From: Oceanispirochaeta sp.
GTDB taxonomy: Bacteria; Spirochaetota; Spirochaetia; DSM-2461
Assembly: GCA_963663385.2 (NCBI GenBank)
Contig: CAXXXD010000003.1
Span: 224,001-288,000, forward strand
Length of the DNA: 64,000 nt
Direction: 5' to 3'
Shown here: piece by piece, positions 60,318 through 64,000 of the stretch
Position numbering within the stretch: the first letter of the stretch is position 1
Layout: each line of letters opens with the position of its first letter
Notes under the pieces: model-generated
What the model saw: only the letters and a program-made list of their open reading frames with translations
Databases searched by the model: none
What the model was told of the DNA's origin: nothing
Program-made: the position numbers and the translations under genes

Positions 60318-60911
60318 ATGGCAAAAAGCAGAAAAAAGAAGACATCCCGGGATAAACAGGCGGAACTCTCAAAAAAACGAATTTATGAAACAGGTCTGGA
60401 CCTGTTTTCCCGGCAGGGGATCGATCAGACCAGCATCGCCGAAATCTGCCGGGAGGCGAATTGTTCGGTAGGCGCTTTCTATCATCATTTTTCTTCCAAA
60501 GAGAGTATATTGGAAGAAACGTTCCGTCTGGCCGATGACGATTTCAGCGTATGGAATATCGCGGAGGATCTGAATCTGAAAGGACGGGAAGTGGTTTTAA
60601 AATATATGCAGGTATACGCGGAGCTTGTTGAGAATACCGGTCTGGAATTCACCAAGCGGTTTTATACATGGAAGAATAAAATCTTTATTAAAAAAGGCCG
60701 TCCCATGCAGACCAGGCTGATTGATCTGATTCAGGCGGAGCTGGAAGCGGGGAATCTTGCATTGACTGTAACACCGGAAGAAGCCTGTGAATGGCTTTTC
60801 GTCTGTGCCCGGGGGGTAGTTTTCCACTGGTGCCTTTATGAGGGGGATTTTGATTTGAAAGAGAAAATGGTGGAATCCGCAGACCGGGCGTTGCGGGGGA
60901 TCGAACAATAA
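60318..60911 (+). CDS. TetR/AcrR family regulator
   Basis: SIAEICREANCSVGAFYHHFSSKE; C-terminus similar to the TetR at 37-633. Confidence 0.92.
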   Translation: MAKSRKKKTSRDKQAELSKKRIYETGLDLFSRQGIDQTSIAEICREANCSVGAFYHHFSSKESILEETFRLADDDFSVWNIAEDLNLKGREVVLKYMQVYAELVENTGLEFTKRFYTWKNKIFIKKGRPMQTRLIDLIQAELEAGNLALTVTPEEACEWLFVCARGVVFHWCLYEGDFDLKEKMVESADRALRGIEQ

Positions 60912-60942
60912 AAAGGCTGTCCGGAAAACCGGACAGCCTTTT
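60911..60942. terminator. Bidirectional intrinsic terminator
   Basis: AAAAGGCTGTCCGG-AAAA-CCGGACAGCCTTTT between convergent genes. Confidence 0.88.
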
Positions 60943-60962
60943 ACAGAAAGCAGATAGCCTGA

Positions 60963-62738
60963 TTACTCAGCTGCTGCATTTTCTCCGGCAATTTTACCGA
61001 ATACATTGATATCGGGAAGTGCATTTCCCCCAAGGCGGTTGGTACCGTGGATCCCGCCGGTAGTTTCTCCGGCTGCGTACAGACCGGGAATAACGTTTCC
61101 GTCTTTATCCAGGGCCTGGGCTTTTTCATTGATTCTGATACCGCCCATCGTGTGGTGTACCGTAGGCATTCTTGCTCCGGCGAAGTAGGGAGGTGTATCG
61201 ATTTTGTGCTGAAACAGGGTCCTGCCGAAAGCGTCGGGTCCTCCGTTTTCTACGGCAGTGTTGAATTCGTCTACAGCTGCCTTCAGGTTGGCGGGATCAA
61301 CGTTGATCTGGGCTGCCAGGTCTTCCAGGGTATCCGCCATAAACGCGCGATTCTGATCAACCAGTTCCTTAATGGACTCGTTAAAGTTGTTTTTCGTATC
61401 CATCGTCGGATAGTTGTGAGAATCCAGAACAATCCACATATAGGAATCTTCCTGTTCGAAAAGAGCTTTGGTCATAACATCGCGTCTTTCCCCTTCGTCA
61501 ACAAACCGGTTGCCGTCCTTGTTGACGAATATTCTGTTTTCTACACCCTGCTCAATATTTCCGGAGAGGCTTCCCGTGTCGGGGTCACCCATGGGCAGGA
61601 GCTGGATATACTCCATCCCGACAAGATCCGCGCCAATCTTTTCAGCCATTACAATACCGTCACCGGTAGCTCCCGGATGGTTGGTGGATTTGATGCTTTC
61701 ATCAAGGGTTCCCCATAGTTTGTCGTATTTCTGACGCATCTCAACATTGTTTCCAAATCCACCGGCAGCAATAATTACAGCCTTATGGCCCTGAGCAACA
61801 ACTGTTCCTTTTAAACCTTCGGCTTTTACAACACTGGCTCTTCCTTCTTCCAGGTAAATCTCAGTTGCCTTTGTATCTGTCAGAACAGTTATATCATCAT
61901 GAGAATTTATATAGTTCATATAGGTTTCGATAAAACCGGTTCCCAGAGGTTTCACAGGTTTGTGAGCACGGGGCCAGAGTCCTCCCAGAACGGTAAAGAT
62001 ATGATCTTTGAACTCCATTCCCATACCTTCCAGCCATTTGAGGGTGGGAAGGCCGTTTTCAACCAGGGTTCGGATCAGAACCGGATTTCCCATCTGATCA
62101 CCGCCGTTATAGGTCTGTTCATAATGCTTGTCAACAGAGTCTTCTACACCGAATTTTGCCTGGAATTCCGGGTCCGCACAGTTATAGGCCGCTCCGGAAA
62201 TTATGGTATTACCACCCACCTGGGGCATTTTTTCCAGTACGATGACAGAAGCGCCGTTCTGGTTGGCGGATACAGCGGCTGCCAGACCGGCTCCGCCGGC
62301 ACCTATCACAACAATATCCGCATTAAAGACTTCAGTTGCCGCCGAAACAGCATCAGCCTCTGTTTTTCCCTCCGAGAGGGCCGCTATGTCGGCTCCTGCC
62401 GCTGTCAGGGCTTCTGTAACAGCTCCGATAATAGCCCGGCTGGAGTAGGTTGCACCGGAAACCGTATCAACATTCAGAGTCTGACCTTCGATAATGGCTG
62501 CAGGGATTCTTTCGAATGCCACATCAGATACACCGGGTGTTTCATGGTTTTCAATGATTTTGATCTCTTTAATCTCTTTTTTGTCTACAGTAACTTCGAG
62601 AACAACATCCTCTCCATGGATACCGGGCGCTCCTCCCGTGTAGGTTCCAGGTTCGAAGACGGCTTTGCTGCCGCATCCGGAAATGAATACAGACAGTGCT
62701 GCAATCATGAGCATGGGTTTGAGTTTCTTCATGATCAT
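60963..62738 (-). CDS. Lipoprotein flavin reductase (FMN-binding domain + flavocytochrome c/fumarate reductase-like FAD domain)
   Basis: Lipobox ISGC; DTVSGAT flavinylation motif; IGAGGAG, TGDG, HHTMGG, RLGGN. Confidence 0.9.
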   Translation of the reverse strand: MIMKKLKPMLMIAALSVFISGCGSKAVFEPGTYTGGAPGIHGEDVVLEVTVDKKEIKEIKIIENHETPGVSDVAFERIPAAIIEGQTLNVDTVSGATYSSRAIIGAVTEALTAAGADIAALSEGKTEADAVSAATEVFNADIVVIGAGGAGLAAAVSANQNGASVIVLEKMPQVGGNTIISGAAYNCADPEFQAKFGVEDSVDKHYEQTYNGGDQMGNPVLIRTLVENGLPTLKWLEGMGMEFKDHIFTVLGGLWPRAHKPVKPLGTGFIETYMNYINSHDDITVLTDTKATEIYLEEGRASVVKAEGLKGTVVAQGHKAVIIAAGGFGNNVEMRQKYDKLWGTLDESIKSTNHPGATGDGIVMAEKIGADLVGMEYIQLLPMGDPDTGSLSGNIEQGVENRIFVNKDGNRFVDEGERRDVMTKALFEQEDSYMWIVLDSHNYPTMDTKNNFNESIKELVDQNRAFMADTLEDLAAQINVDPANLKAAVDEFNTAVENGGPDAFGRTLFQHKIDTPPYFAGARMPTVHHTMGGIRINEKAQALDKDGNVIPGLYAAGETTGGIHGTNRLGGNALPDINVFGKIAGENAAAE

Positions 62739-62764
62739 TCCTTTCCTATTATTGAATAAAATTG

Positions 62765-62801
62765 TTTTACCGAATATATTCGCAGAATGTATTCGGTAAA
62801 A
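62765..62801. promoter_or_regulatory. 37-bp inverted repeat, probable repressor operator
   Basis: TTTTACCGAATATATTC-GCA-GAATGTATTCGGTAAAA (1 mismatch) just upstream of the reductase RBS. Confidence 0.7.
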
Positions 62802-62942
62802 ATTGAAATCAGTATACAGCCGGATAAAAGGAAAATCAATTAAATCGATAAAAAAATCCTGAATTTCTCAGGGGAACAGATTTGAACCCGATGAAAGACG
62901 TCAGGACAGGAAATGAAATTCGAAAAGGGAGGGAAACGGGGA

Positions 62943-63620
62943 ATGAATATTCTAATTGCAGAAAGTAACCCGATAGATGGCATTCTCAATAGTTATTATG
63001 CTGAGCAGCTATCCTTTGTGGATACCGTTCAGGTTGTTAAATCATTGGAGTCTGCCAGGGAGAAACTGGAAAAGGAAAATTTTGATCTGCTTCTTCTTGG
63101 AATGAACTTCCCTTCCGGTCATGGACTGGATTTTATGCAGCAGATCAGAAACCATGCTCTGTCTCCGGATATCATCGTTATTTCGGCAGATAGCAGTTTT
63201 GATACTGTAGAGAGGGCGTTTCAAACGGGGGCGGCAGACTACCTTGTGAAACCCTGTATATTCCAGAGGTTTCAGTTTTCACTTAATACAATACATACAC
63301 GTCTTGTCTCCCGTAAAAGTAAAAATATTCTGGATCAGGAGTCTCTGGATGCCCTGTTCGGGAAGCAGGATCTGCCAAAGCCTGTTTTCTTTGCAGAAAA
63401 TCTGGATAAGGGTTTAAGTTCTATTACCTACAGCAGGGTTTATAAAGAAGTCATGAAGTCAAAAGATGCCTTTACGGCCGGACACCTGGGGGACCAATTG
63501 GGTATTGCAAGAATTACTATCCGCCGGTATCTGGATTTTATGGAGAAACAGGGTTTTCTGAAAGTTGAACAGGTGTATGGAAAAGTCGGCCGGCCCCGGC
63601 ATTATTACCGGCTCAGGTGA
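62943..63620 (+). CDS. CitB/DcuR-like response regulator with degenerate receiver
   Basis: REC fold with DYLVKP; wHTH ITIRRYL...YGKVGRP; phosphoacceptor position is Gly. Confidence 0.85.
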   Translation: MNILIAESNPIDGILNSYYAEQLSFVDTVQVVKSLESAREKLEKENFDLLLLGMNFPSGHGLDFMQQIRNHALSPDIIVISADSSFDTVERAFQTGAADYLVKPCIFQRFQFSLNTIHTRLVSRKSKNILDQESLDALFGKQDLPKPVFFAENLDKGLSSITYSRVYKEVMKSKDAFTAGHLGDQLGIARITIRRYLDFMEKQGFLKVEQVYGKVGRPRHYYRLR

Positions 63621-63669
63621 GACATAATTTAAAATCCGCTTATGTGTCTGGATAGATTATGAGGATGTT

Positions 63670-64000
63670 GAGACTGTAGAAAAAGTCACCTTTTCTACAG
63701 CTCTCAGCCAAAACATGGTAAAATTCTATAAAAGTGAGGTTTTCAATAATGGCCAGATATAAAGAGTATTCTTATACCCAGACAATGATGATCCCCGTAA
63801 GCTTTAAAAAACAGATTTTACCTGGAACATTCGAATATACATTATGCCATCTGATAGACAATCAAATTGATATGTCAGTTTTTGAAAACCACTACGAAAA
63901 TGATGAAACCGGAGCTCCCGCCTACGACCCTGCCATCCTCTTAAAAATAGTTCTTTACGCCTATTCAAAAGGCATAAACAGCAGCAGAAAAATTGAACAG
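63670..64000 (+). mobile_element. IS1182-family insertion sequence, left end (truncated by window)
   Basis: Terminal GAGACTGTAGAAAA motif followed by transposase ORF. Confidence 0.8.
63749..64000 (+). CDS. IS1182-family transposase N-terminus (DUF772), partial; absent from ORF track
   Basis: MARYKEYSYTQTMMIPVSFKKQILPGTFEY...GAPAYDPAILLKIVLYAYSKGINSSRKIEQ, open to window end. Confidence 0.88.
   Translation, partial: MARYKEYSYTQTMMIPVSFKKQILPGTFEYTLCHLIDNQIDMSVFENHYENDETGAPAYDPAILLKIVLYAYSKGINSSRKIEQ

Noticed and set aside
1..64000. CRISPR array, rRNA, prophage, integrase or reverse transcriptase
   Set aside because: No regularly spaced repeats or diagnostic motifs seen

Overview
Bacterial chromosomal window, probably a free-living anaerobic spirochaete (Spirochaetaceae-like). 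That assignment is an inference from lipoprotein and signal-peptide style and the murC-yicC-'GKSGCGNTT' cmk block. In order it holds: a TetR gene; tRNA-Leu(GAG); an AT-richer block with a membrane AraC and an FGE/CLec-fold lipoprotein; a ROK-regulated polyol dehydrogenase/PfkB pair; an AraC-Gfo/Idh/MocA-sugar ABC unit; a full pstSCAB-phoU-phoBR operon whose PstA carries PstS-like inserts; galM; a RACo-PocR/AraC-corrinoid protein module with a cobalamin riboswitch; and housekeeping genes. Next is a ~15 kb catabolic island (36.4-51.4 kb) tied together by four TGCATACGTAT(G/T)CA operators. After it come a PIN toxin-antitoxin pair between duplicated gene ends, TPR and LVIVD surface proteins, an archaeal-type GAPDH/PGK pair, a flavinylated lipoprotein reductase, a pseudo-receiver regulator and the left end of an IS1182-family element. 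The best candidate for an undescribed system is the island. It encodes no kinase, and both its transaldolase-fold and class II aldolase enzymes have lost their phosphate-binding residues, which suggests a phosphate-free pathway for an anionic sugar or cyclitol derivative. No CRISPR array, rRNA or reverse transcriptase is visible. All family calls come from motif reading, not database searches.
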